31,733 nucleotides of DNA. It comes from a virus. The notes under the pieces were generated by a model. It searched no databases. It saw only the letters and a list, made by a program, of their open reading frames with translations, and was not told where the DNA came from. Position numbers and translations under genes: made by a program. Location: the UHGV virus genome UHGV-0780004; one strand, 5' to 3'. Shown piece by piece: positions 1 to 8,316 of the stretch (the stretch's first letter is position 1; every line of letters begins with the position of its first letter).

Positions 1-1
1 C

Positions 2-703
2 GGCATCCTTGGAATTGATCAGGATGCCGTTGTCGGCAAGCTGCTTCGCCTCTGGATTTGGGCTGATCAACAATCCGTTTCTGGTAACGCCATTACCGTT
101 ACAAATTCGTTTCTCGACCGTCTCGTATTCTGCCCCGGCTTTGCTGCTGGGCTTGTCAAAGTCGGCTGGTTGAATGGACGCGAGGGCCTCCTTTCAATCC
201 CCAATTTTGACCGCCACAACGGCCAATCCGCCAAGAATAGGGCCAATACGAACCGCCGTGTTGCGAATAGCAGAAAAGCTCATCATGAGCGAGTTGCAAA
301 AACATGTAACGAAAATGTAACGCTCGAACCGTTACAAAAACCGTTACCAGAGAAGAGAAGAGAAGATAATACTACTACTACAACTACAACCGGGCGCGAG
401 GTTTGCCAATTTCCGAAGGACGTTTCCGAGGTTGACCGTTTTATGGACGCCCAGGTTCTGCACCCGCTTGGAGACGAGCTGACCCGGTGCGCGGAACGGT
501 TTTTCAACGAACAGTCCGCCGTTGGATGGCGAAACCGGCACGGCGTCCCCCTGGCGGACTGGCGGCCCATGGCTCGCCAATACGCTGCCACCTGGGCCCG
601 GAACAATGCGGACGCGCCCGGTCTGAAACCCGCCAATACCGTGGGAACCAAGCCAAAATCAACGACTAAACCATCAAGAAGAGATGACCTCTGGAAAGAT
701 TGA
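2..703 (+). CDS. Phage replication initiation / replisome-organiser protein, 5' partial. The N-terminal region resembles the DUF1376-type phage replisome organiser, and the protein has a poly-Thr linker.
   Basis: The frame is open from the window start with no stop. The motif FDRHNGQSAKNRANTNRRVANSR is typical of phage replication-initiator N-domains. The gene is followed immediately by, and overlaps, a DnaC-like gene. Confidence 0.5.
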   Translation, partial: GILGIDQDAVVGKLLRLWIWADQQSVSGNAITVTNSFLDRLVFCPGFAAGLVKVGWLNGREGLLSIPNFDRHNGQSAKNRANTNRRVANSRKAHHERVAKTCNENVTLEPLQKPLPEKRREDNTTTTTTTGREVCQFPKDVSEVDRFMDAQVLHPLGDELTRCAERFFNEQSAVGWRNRHGVPLADWRPMARQYAATWARNNADAPGLKPANTVGTKPKSTTKPSRRDDLWKD

Positions 704-1424
704 CGAACCCATTAAACCCCAGGGAGGACTGAAAGGAGTTAATCTTGAAAGCCTCTTGGAATCCATCACCCTGCTTGCCGAGGACGACGGAAGAAGCATT
801 GAAGAGCTGGAAGCGGAAGCGCTGGCTGCTGAAAAGCAGCGGGAAGAAGAACGCCGGGCGGCATACGAACGCCTGGGCCTGATTGATCGCGGCTTTCCCC
901 GACGCGCTATTGATTGTCTCGACGAAGTAACTGGGGATCCATGGAAGAAAGCCCTCCGTGACTCCTACCGCCTCGTTTTAACCCCTGGGAGCATCATTGT
1001 GCTGAACGGTCGATACGGCACCGGGAAAACGGTATTGAGCACGTTTCTTGGACGCATCATGTACAGGCGAAAGAAGCGCGTACTCTATACCAAGGCCTAT
1101 GATTACACGATGGCCTTGAGAGAGACGTTTAACGGCAACGGCTTAGAATCCGATGTCATGAAGCGATACAAGGCGCCGTATCTTCTGGTGCTGGACGAGT
1201 ATCACGAGGTCAAGGACACGGACTTTGCAGGCGCTGCGCTGGAACGGCTCATTGACTACCGGCACCAGAACGGCAAACCGACCATCATCATCGCCAACTA
1301 CAGCCCCGCCGCCCTTGAAGATCGACTCGGGCCGGCCATTGTTTCCCGCATCCACCTTTGCGGCACCATCATTACCTGCAATTGGACATCCTACCGCGAA
1401 ATCAACTACCATCCCCGGGAATAG
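684..1424 (+). CDS. DnaC/IstB-like AAA+ helicase loader
   Basis: Walker A is NGRYGTGKT and Walker B is LLVLDEYH. The length is about 246 aa. The start overlaps the upstream replication-initiator gene by 20 nt. Confidence 0.8.
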   Translation: MTSGKIDEPIKPQGGLKGVNLESLLESITLLAEDDGRSIEELEAEALAAEKQREEERRAAYERLGLIDRGFPRRAIDCLDEVTGDPWKKALRDSYRLVLTPGSIIVLNGRYGTGKTVLSTFLGRIMYRRKKRVLYTKAYDYTMALRETFNGNGLESDVMKRYKAPYLLVLDEYHEVKDTDFAGAALERLIDYRHQNGKPTIIIANYSPAALEDRLGPAIVSRIHLCGTIITCNWTSYREINYHPRE

Positions 1425-1458
1425 CCCTGGAATCTCGTATACCCTGGAATCTCGTATA
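1425..1458. repeat. Perfect 17-bp tandem direct repeat (CCCTGGAATCTCGTATA x2), directly after the helicase-loader stop codon
   Basis: Read directly in the sequence. A third copy of the 10-bp core CCCTGGAATC lies at 1688..1697. Confidence 0.9.
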
Positions 1459-1461
1459 GGT

Positions 1462-1662
1462 CTATTCGTCCGGCAATCCGTGACGGGTGATTAGCTCCAT
1501 CAACAGCTCCATGGAAGGACTCGTTTTTCTGGACCCGCCCAACCATTGCCACACCGCCATTTCCGTCACACGCAACATTTGCGCAGCCTTTTTGACCGCA
1601 GAAGTTTTGGATCGCAAATGGTATCTGGACTGCACCCAATCAACAAATTCTTGAATAGTCAT
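1462..1662 (-). CDS. Cro/YdaS-like HTH transcriptional regulator (66 aa)
   Basis: The segment SAVKKAAQMLRVTEMAVWQWLGGSRKTSP matches the YdaS/Cro-type HTH pattern (AkmLgVtsqAVsqW). It is one of only two convincing minus-strand genes, and it is divergent from the late operon. Confidence 0.55.
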   Translation of the reverse strand: MTIQEFVDWVQSRYHLRSKTSAVKKAAQMLRVTEMAVWQWLGGSRKTSPSMELLMELITRHGLPDE

Positions 1663-1669
1663 AGCTGTG

Positions 1670-1693
1670 CCAGGGCGGCATGCACCGCCCTGG
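1670..1693. promoter_or_regulatory. Candidate operator: a perfect 9-bp inverted repeat CCAGGGCGG-catgca-CCGCCCTGG. It overlaps the third copy of the CCCTGGAATC core.
   Basis: The palindrome is read directly. It lies 8 bp upstream of the Cro-like start (minus strand) and about 200 bp upstream of the late promoter. No T-run follows on either strand, so a terminator is unlikely. Confidence 0.4.
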
Positions 1694-1891
1694 AATCATG
1701 GTTAGAGGGCTTCAACGCGGTCGGAGTCCTGGAACCAGTTAAGGTTTTCCGGGTCTATCTCTTCACCTTTCACCTGCGTGAAAGTCATGAAGATTTCCAC
1801 GGGGTTTCCGTTTTCGTCGTATCCGGGCGCGGAGTATTCCTCGGTGTATTCGTCCCCGGCCCCCGTGCCGAATCAAGAACAAACAACGCGC

Positions 1892-1921
1892 TTGAATTGG
1901 ATATCCGTTGCCTCCTATAAT
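1892..1921 (+). promoter_or_regulatory. Near-consensus sigma70 promoter TTGAAT-18 bp-TATAAT upstream of the packaging genes
   Basis: The -35 hexamer is at 1892..1897 and the -10 hexamer at 1916..1921 with an 18-bp spacer. It sits immediately 5' of the terminase small-subunit coding region. Confidence 0.4.
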
Positions 1922-2031
1922 AGAGCCGCAGGAAAAATAAACCTATTACCAAAAGAAAACCGGGGCGGCCGAGCCTCTACACCGAGGAACTCGCCGCCGA
2001 AATAGCCTCCCGTCTTGCCAACGGCGAAACC

Positions 2032-2439
2032 ATGAAATCCATCTGCTCCGATGACCACATGCCGGAGGTCTGGACGGTCTGGAACTGGCGTGAAACAAAG
2101 CCGGAGTTTTCCAAACTCATTCAACACGCACGGGAAGCGCAGTCGGAAGCTATGATTGACGCCTGCCAGGAGCTGGCCGACGAAGCCGCGAAAGTCGCCC
2201 TTGACCCGGAATGCGGCTCCGCCTCCGTCGCCGCGAAGAAGCTCGCCATTGAAACCCGGCTGAAAGTCGCCGCCCGCTTCGCTCCTGATAAATTCGGAGA
2301 CCGGGTCCGTCAGGACGTCGCCGGCGTTCCCGGAGCGCCGCTGGAACGGAAAATCACGCTGGACCCTGAGCAGCTCGCCCAGCTGCAGGAAGACGAGAAA
2401 ACCGCGCTGGAAACCATCGCCGGCAAACTCCATCCCTAA
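2032..2439 (+). CDS. Terminase small subunit (HTH DNA-packaging protein). The conserved N-terminus is encoded in-frame upstream (1951..2031) without a canonical start.
   Basis: Translating 1951..2060 in-frame gives KRKPGRPSLYTEELAAEIASRLANGETMKSICSDDHMPEVWTVWNW, the classic terminase small-subunit N-terminal motif. The first ATG is at 2032, but an in-frame ATT lies at 1945. The stop codon is in-frame and contiguous with the terminase large subunit. Confidence 0.7.
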   Translation: MKSICSDDHMPEVWTVWNWRETKPEFSKLIQHAREAQSEAMIDACQELADEAAKVALDPECGSASVAAKKLAIETRLKVAARFAPDKFGDRVRQDVAGVPGAPLERKITLDPEQLAQLQEDEKTALETIAGKLHP

Positions 2440-2472
2440 CCCGTCAGGACACGAATCCCCGTCAGCTTCTTC

Positions 2473-3819
2473 TTGCGCCATATCCTCCGCCTTGACCCCT
2501 ATCCATGGCAGGTGGAGTCCATCAAGGCGTTGTCCCTGGGTAAGCTGACCCTGGGAGGGAAAAGCGTGGCTCTGGTCGCTCCTAACGGATCCGGCAAGAC
2601 AAGCAACTGCATCGCTCCCGCCATCCTGTACTTTCTCACCTGTTTTCCGCGGGGACAGGTCCCCGTTACGTCCTCATCGTGGATGCAGGTGGAAAAGCAG
2701 CTCTTTCCCGCGCTCCGCCGCTACATGGACAATCCTTTCTTTTCCGGCTGGACCTTCAACAAGACGGAGATCCGCACGCCGGAGGGAGGCTTTGCCGTGG
2801 GTTTCTCCACCGACAACGCGGGACGTGCGGAAGGATGGCATCCAAAAATCTCGCCCGACGTGGATCCTGTCTTTTACGTCCTGGACGAGGCCAAAACCAT
2901 TCCGGACTCCATCTTCACCGCCGTTTCCCGCTGCACGCTCTTTCACGCGTTCATCACCTCGTCGCCGGGCGCCGATTCCGGCACCTTCTACGACTGCTTT
3001 CACAAAAATTCATCGCTCTACTACAAAATCCGCGTCAAATACGAGGATTGCCCGCACATTGAAATCAACGACCCGGGCAAGGCCGAACGCCTGAAAAAAG
3101 AATATGGTGAGCAGTCCTCCTTCTACCGCTCGGCCATCCTTGGTGAATTCACCGACCTTGACGGACAATCCGTCATTTCCCGCCGCGCTCTCATGGAGCT
3201 GGTCAACAACCCGCCTCCCTTCCTGGACACCGGAGAGACCTGCGGCGGCTTCGACTTTGCCGCGGGAGGCGATGAAAACGTCTTTGCGGCCGGGCAGGGC
3301 AACCGTTTTTTCATCGCCGACCACTGGTCCGACCCGGACACCGTAGGAGCGCGCGGACGTTTCCGCCGGAAGGCCGCCGAACTCGGCATCTCTGCCGACC
3401 GCATCTTTGCCGACGGCGACGGCCTAGGGCTCCCCATCATTGATGACTTCCGCGCCGAGGGCTTTCCGGTGCACTCCTACCGCGGCGGGTTTCCGGCGGA
3501 TGACACACAAGCCTTTGTCAATCTGCGAGCCCAGGCATGGCGGGCTCTCGCCCGCGCCATCGAAGAAAAAGAACTCATCCTCGACATTGACGAGGATACG
3601 ATTGAGCAGCTGGTTGCTCCACGACTCCAAACCGACGCAATAGGCCGCGTCCGCATTGAAAGCAAAGAAGATATGGCAAAGCGGGGCGTTCGTTCCCCAG
3701 ACCGGGCCGACGCCCTTGTGATGGCCTGGCACGCGCGCCGGAACAGCGGACTGGCGCGGACGCTGGGAGACTGGTACGCCCGTCCCGTGTCATCAAAACG
3801 CGCTTACGGGAGATATTAG
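2473..3819 (+). CDS. Terminase large subunit (ATPase/nuclease)
   Basis: Walker A is VAPNGSGKT, Walker B is VLDEA. The length is about 448 aa. A TTG is the first available start after the in-frame TAA of the small subunit. Confidence 0.85.
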   Translation: MRHILRLDPYPWQVESIKALSLGKLTLGGKSVALVAPNGSGKTSNCIAPAILYFLTCFPRGQVPVTSSSWMQVEKQLFPALRRYMDNPFFSGWTFNKTEIRTPEGGFAVGFSTDNAGRAEGWHPKISPDVDPVFYVLDEAKTIPDSIFTAVSRCTLFHAFITSSPGADSGTFYDCFHKNSSLYYKIRVKYEDCPHIEINDPGKAERLKKEYGEQSSFYRSAILGEFTDLDGQSVISRRALMELVNNPPPFLDTGETCGGFDFAAGGDENVFAAGQGNRFFIADHWSDPDTVGARGRFRRKAAELGISADRIFADGDGLGLPIIDDFRAEGFPVHSYRGGFPADDTQAFVNLRAQAWRALARAIEEKELILDIDEDTIEQLVAPRLQTDAIGRVRIESKEDMAKRGVRSPDRADALVMAWHARRNSGLARTLGDWYARPVSSKRAYGRY

Positions 3820-3872
3820 GGTTGACAACATATCAAGATATCAATATATGACGATATGTAAGCAATCGCAGG

Positions 3873-5321
3873 GTGGTGAAACGGTATCACGCGGGGTTCC
3901 TGTCCCCGAATCGAAGGTCCAACTCCTTCCCCTGCAACCACCTTTTCTTTAGCCTCAGGTTTAACGCCGTCAAAAATATCCTCAACGCCCCGAAGCTGGT
4001 AGCCCAACAGGAGACCAGAATCAAGGAGCTTGAAACGGACCTGGCCCGGCGAGCGTTGACGGAACAGAGCCGGAAGCCTAACCAGCCTCAATGGTACGAA
4101 TATTGGGACCCGTTACAGGGCGCCGACCTGCAAACCCTGATTGACGCCCGGAACGAAGCGCGGCGTGGAGCCTTTGCCCGCCAAATGCTCATTTGGGACG
4201 AGGTCATCTACTCGGACGGCTTGATGGGCATGCTCTATTCCCGGCTCATTGAAAGCGTCTCCATGCAGGGATGGAAGATTGACGCCGCGGACGACAGCCC
4301 GGAAGCCCAGCGTCAGCAGAACGCGCTGGAAGAATTCTATCACTCCGTCACCGGACTTCAACAGGCCTTTGGGCAGTTGGCCTCCGCTATGTTTTACGGG
4401 TACGCCCACCTCCAATACATCGAAGATTCCTGGGGCCGCCGCTTTGAATTCATCCCGCAGCGATACTGGGTGCGGCCCGGAGAGCTGAACGAATGGCAGT
4501 TTAATCCCCAGTGCTACATCGGGGTCGACACGGGCGAGAGCGTAGAGGAAGAAACGCTCGTGGTCATGGAGCACCGGAACCCCATTCTTTTTCCGGCAAC
4601 CCGCGCCTCTTTTGAGCGGAATCACGCCAAAGTTACGTGGGACAACCATATGGACCGCTACGGGAGCGCCCCGGTCATCATCACGGCGCCCAAGGACGCG
4701 AGCGCCGCCGTCATGGACGCGCTGGAACGGGCCTGTGAGGAACTCAAATCGGGAGCCTCCATTGTGCTTCCTCCCGGCTGCACCGCCGAACCGTTGAAAG
4801 CCTCCAACATCAACGAAAACTATTTCCTATCCCGAATCAACATGTCCGACAAGGACCAGGTGCGGTTTGTAATGGCCGGCACTCTGACCGTCCTGAATGA
4901 ATCAGGATCCGGCACGCTGGCCGGGGGAGCGCACACGGATAGCTGGAATTCGGTCGTCTCCGCGGTCTGTTCCAAGGTCGCCGAAGCTTTTAACGCCGCC
5001 ATCAGCCCGCTTGTCCTGGGAGACGGCGAACCGCTGGCCCGCCTCCACATCACTTTTGACGCCGTCCAGACCCCGCTGCAGAAAGCCGAGGAAATCGCCG
5101 CGCTTGCCGACGGAGGCGTCCGCCCCGAGAAGACCGAGATTGAAGAAAAGATCGGCATGTCGATCGAGGACACGCAGGACCCCGTTCCGGTGACGGCGGC
5201 GGCCAACAGGGAACCGGAAAAAGCACTCATTCCGCCCGATGCTTATGAACAGCTTCAGCAAATGATTTACGCCGGACTCATGAAAGGATTTACCGATGAT
5301 CAGCACGAAACAAATCAATGA
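3873..5321 (+). CDS. Portal protein (Mu gp29 / DUF935-like)
   Basis: It is 482 aa and follows the terminase large subunit. It sits upstream of a Mu protease I homologue. The annotated start is GTG, and the true start is uncertain. Confidence 0.6.
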   Translation: MVKRYHAGFLSPNRRSNSFPCNHLFFSLRFNAVKNILNAPKLVAQQETRIKELETDLARRALTEQSRKPNQPQWYEYWDPLQGADLQTLIDARNEARRGAFARQMLIWDEVIYSDGLMGMLYSRLIESVSMQGWKIDAADDSPEAQRQQNALEEFYHSVTGLQQAFGQLASAMFYGYAHLQYIEDSWGRRFEFIPQRYWVRPGELNEWQFNPQCYIGVDTGESVEEETLVVMEHRNPILFPATRASFERNHAKVTWDNHMDRYGSAPVIITAPKDASAAVMDALERACEELKSGASIVLPPGCTAEPLKASNINENYFLSRINMSDKDQVRFVMAGTLTVLNESGSGTLAGGAHTDSWNSVVSAVCSKVAEAFNAAISPLVLGDGEPLARLHITFDAVQTPLQKAEEIAALADGGVRPEKTEIEEKIGMSIEDTQDPVPVTAAANREPEKALIPPDAYEQLQQMIYAGLMKGFTDDQHETNQ

Positions 5322-6408
5322 CCTGTCCCGACCCGCCAACGGCTGGTTCCACGTTGAGAAAAGCGGAGACCATGACGTTGACTACGGCGAGGGTCCCGCC
5401 GTGTTGCGCATCGACGAGCAGGCGATCCGGGACATGGTGGACGACTTCAACGCCCGCACCTTTGACGGCCCGGGCATGCTCATCGACGGCGACCACCTGA
5501 GCCACGACCTTTCCCGCGATACTCGGGCCCTCGGATGGCTCAAGAGGCTGGACACCTACCGCGACCCTTCCGGCACGCTGGAACTCTACGGGTTCATCGA
5601 ATGGACGCCGCGCGGCCTGAAGATGCTGCAGGACAAGGAATACACGCAATCATCCACCGAATATGGCGAAGGCATGACTTTGACGGACGGCGTCTACCGC
5701 CCGTCGCGTCTGACCGGCTTCGCTCTGACCAACCGGCCGCGCATCAAGGGAAAGCGGCCTCTGGTCAACCGACAGACTTCCCCCGCCTCCGACGAGGCCG
5801 GGGGCGACCCCAAAAGCCCCGAAGAGGGGGAAACAACCCAGAAAACCAATATGGAAAACGAAGATATAGAATATCCGTCCAAGGAGATGGACAAGGCCCA
5901 GCGGGCCCTGTTCGACTCCCTGCTTGACAAGCTGGATGTCGAATTTGACGGCACCGACGACATGAGCAGGGCGATCCTCGGACGCCTTGATGAACTGCTC
6001 TCGCTGGAAAAGCGTGAGAAAGACCACGTGAACGCCGAAGTGGACGACGCCGTCAGCACGTACGAAAACGCGCTGGACGAGGAAGAACGCGAGGAATTCA
6101 CGGAAGAACGCCGGGAAGAGCTGAAAAACTCTCTCCGGGAAAGCCCCGCCGCGCTGAACGCTTTTATCCGTGCGCTCAACCGCCAGACTCCGCCCAAAAA
6201 ACCGGATCAGGAGGAAAAGAAGGAACTGCCGAAAAGGACGCCTCTGAACCGCCGCGCGACGCTGAATCCCCCTGACCCATTCCGCAAGAAGGAATCCATT
6301 GACGGATTCAACAACCGCGTCAACGAACTGATCAAGGACGGCATGAAGCGCTATGACGCCTACCAGAAAGCGACCGAAGAAGGCTTCATCGTCTCCGCCA
6401 ACCGATAA
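5296..6408 (+). CDS. Mu-like prophage protein I (head protease with an acidic scaffold-like C-terminus)
   Basis: The segment LIDGDHLSHDL...ALGWLKRL...GTLELYGFIEWTPRGLKMLQDKEYTQSSTEY matches the Mu I protease family signature. The C-terminal half is acidic and coiled-coil. Confidence 0.8.
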   Translation: MISTKQINDLSRPANGWFHVEKSGDHDVDYGEGPAVLRIDEQAIRDMVDDFNARTFDGPGMLIDGDHLSHDLSRDTRALGWLKRLDTYRDPSGTLELYGFIEWTPRGLKMLQDKEYTQSSTEYGEGMTLTDGVYRPSRLTGFALTNRPRIKGKRPLVNRQTSPASDEAGGDPKSPEEGETTQKTNMENEDIEYPSKEMDKAQRALFDSLLDKLDVEFDGTDDMSRAILGRLDELLSLEKREKDHVNAEVDDAVSTYENALDEEEREEFTEERREELKNSLRESPAALNAFIRALNRQTPPKKPDQEEKKELPKRTPLNRRATLNPPDPFRKKESIDGFNNRVNELIKDGMKRYDAYQKATEEGFIVSANR

Positions 6409-6426
6409 CTTAACCCATATCAACCA

Positions 6427-6858
6427 ATGCCATCACTCAACGTAACCCAGAAAAGCGCCATCGTCTATTTCAACGCCCCTGAAGGCGTTGACCTGTGCGG
6501 ACAGGAAGGAACCGTCGTGGCGCTGACCGCCAATCCTGACATCCCCGAATTTGTCGGAACTCCGTTGTCCGCCATCCCCACGCAGACGCAGCTGCTCGGC
6601 GTCGTCCTGCAGGGACAGCCCAACAAGGGAACCTGCGTCGCCGCGCTCGTCGGAATGTATGCCGGCCTGATCAAGGCGGCTCTATCCGACACGCCCGGAA
6701 CCATCAACGCCGGAACGCCCGTCACCATCACGGCCAACGGGACATGGAAGGCCGCCGCCAGCGGCGACACCGTCTATGCCCGCGTTATTCATGCCCAGTG
6801 GGAACAGGGCCTTGTGGAAATCGGCTTCGTTCCGTCCTACCAGGTCGCCGCAGCCTAA
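6427..6858 (+). CDS. DUF2190-like small head protein (putative decoration/cement protein)
   Basis: It is 143 aa and rich in Gly, Val, Thr and Ala. It sits between the protease and the major capsid gene, as is common for DUF2190 proteins. Confidence 0.45.
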   Translation: MPSLNVTQKSAIVYFNAPEGVDLCGQEGTVVALTANPDIPEFVGTPLSAIPTQTQLLGVVLQGQPNKGTCVAALVGMYAGLIKAALSDTPGTINAGTPVTITANGTWKAAASGDTVYARVIHAQWEQGLVEIGFVPSYQVAAA

Positions 6859-6929
6859 CTATTAACCCCAACCAACAGAAAGACCAAGAACAAGGGCTAC
6901 TCCATTTTGCTCCGCCGTTCAGTTCACCG

Positions 6930-7819
6930 ATGTCCTGACCTCCTATTCCGCGGGGTCCGGGAACACCGAAGAGAACTCCATCATCAGCCGCATCGCTCCG
7001 ATCGTCCCGGTCTATGACCTGAATTTCCAGTACAAGGTCTGGGACACGGAATCGGCCTTCACCGTCCAGCCCATCCAGGTGGGGCCGGGCGAACCTCCCC
7101 GCCAGACCGTCCTGCGCGGAAGAAACGAAACCGACACCCTTCAGGGCTACGGCTTGACGCTGCCCATCCCTGACGCCTTGCTGGGCGTCAACCGGGAAAA
7201 GGCGCAGGCCATCACCCTGGCGGAATACAAACTCATCGAATCGCAGTTCGTCACTTCGTACGAATACGAACGCGCCAAGCTTCTGATGAGCCAGCTTCCG
7301 GCCGCTTCCGGCATGGGTGACTGGGCCAACCAGCAGAAAAACCCGTTGGCGGACCTGGACAAGGCAATCCTGTCCATCAATGCCGCAACCGGACACATGC
7401 CGAACACGATTGTCTTCGGCATCAACGCATGGCAGCTGCTTCGCTCCAACACGCTCGCGCGTCAGGTGGTTTCCTTCAACAGCGTCGGCCTGTTCAACGA
7501 AGACCTTCTTCGCATGGCTCTGATCCGTCCTATCCGGGATATTTACATCGCGTCCATGCCGTACCGCGACGCTTCCGGCGACGCGAAAACCATCATGGAA
7601 AACGAAGTCTATGTCCTGTACAAGGAAGACTCCCCGACGCAGTTCGACGCCTCCGCCGTCAAGACCTTCGGTCTTTCCGGCAAGCTTCGCCGAGAAGTCA
7701 TTACCGAATACAAGCCGACGCCGGCCTTGACGCTCGTCACAAACCGCGTCTACTCGCTGACCAAGTTGACGAACCCCAGCGCCATCGTCCGCATCGACGC
7801 GACGGCCACCGGCGATTAA
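6930..7819 (+). CDS. Major capsid protein (Mu gpT-like). The start is unresolved. The coding frame is open from 6866, and the first canonical in-frame start is GTG at 7079.
   Basis: The frame gives a protein-like N-terminus, LTSYSAGSGNTEENSIISRIAPIVPVYDLNFQYKVWDTESAFTVQPIQ, upstream of GTG 7079. An ATG at 6930 lies in the -1 frame and reads ATG TCC TGA. The size of about 296 aa fits HK97-fold capsid proteins. The gene follows the protease and DUF2190 genes. Confidence 0.55.
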
Positions 7820-7839
7820 CCCTAACGCCCGCCTCCATC

Positions 7840-8316
7840 ATGTCCGCCTTTCCTGCCTGGTCCACGATTTCCACCGACGAAGCCGATCGGCTGCTCGGTC
7901 TCAACACCGCCGAACGCGATGCCCTGGTAACAGCCGGGGAACAGCGCAGCCTGGACTACCGGGATGTCATGATGGAGGCGGTCAACGATGTCTGCATGAC
8001 CATCCGCGGGGCGCTGGCCAACAACCTCGCCCTGCGGCAATCGCTCCAGAACAGCGGCATGTACGACATTCCGCAAAGCATGCGGTCCCTGGCATGGCCG
8101 CTGATCATCCGGCAGCTCTACCTGCGCTACCAGCTCAACCTGACCGATACGCGCCAGAAAGCCGCCGAATCGGCCGACGCGATGCTGGCTCTCTATGCCC
8201 GGGGCGACATGCTGCCCGAAAGCGTGGAGGGATCCGCTCCTGCGGACCCCGCCTACATGATGCCGCGCTACACGCGCCGGCCCTGGTTCAACCCGATGCG
8301 AAGCACCTACCGATGA
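7840..8316 (+). CDS. Head-tail joining protein, Mu gp36 / DUF1320-like
   Basis: It is 158 aa and sits immediately after the capsid gene. Its pattern of leucine-rich helices resembles DUF1320. An ATGA overlap links it to the next gene. Confidence 0.4.
   Translation: MSAFPAWSTISTDEADRLLGLNTAERDALVTAGEQRSLDYRDVMMEAVNDVCMTIRGALANNLALRQSLQNSGMYDIPQSMRSLAWPLIIRQLYLRYQLNLTDTRQKAAESADAMLALYARGDMLPESVEGSAPADPAYMMPRYTRRPWFNPMRSTYR

Noticed and set aside
1704-1860. A possible small acidic minus-strand ORF (...DEYTEEYSAPGYDENGNPVEIFMTFTQVKGEEIDPENLNWFQDSDRVEAL) upstream of the palindrome
   Set aside because: It looks protein-like, but the only ATG gives 28 aa and the longer versions need non-canonical starts. 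The evidence is too weak to call a gene. It is mentioned in case transcript data support it.
1546-1920. A + strand 124-aa ORF overlapping the Cro-like gene and the promoter region
   Set aside because: It overlaps the better-supported minus-strand HTH gene and runs through the predicted promoter. Its sequence is not protein-like.
1915-2481. A 188-aa minus-strand ORF antisense to the small terminase gene
   Set aside because: It is a low-complexity antisense frame. The + strand gene has a clear terminase small-subunit signature.
3820-3872. ATATCAA direct repeats and a TTGACA hexamer between the terminase and portal genes
   Set aside because: It is short, with no clear -10 partner at proper spacing. 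It could be chance in a 50-bp AT-rich spacer.
5650-6423. Minus-strand ORFs (257 aa and 167 aa) antisense to the protease/scaffold gene
   Set aside because: They are low-complexity, Ser/Arg-rich translations of the acidic scaffold region on the opposite strand. The + strand Mu I homologue is unambiguous.
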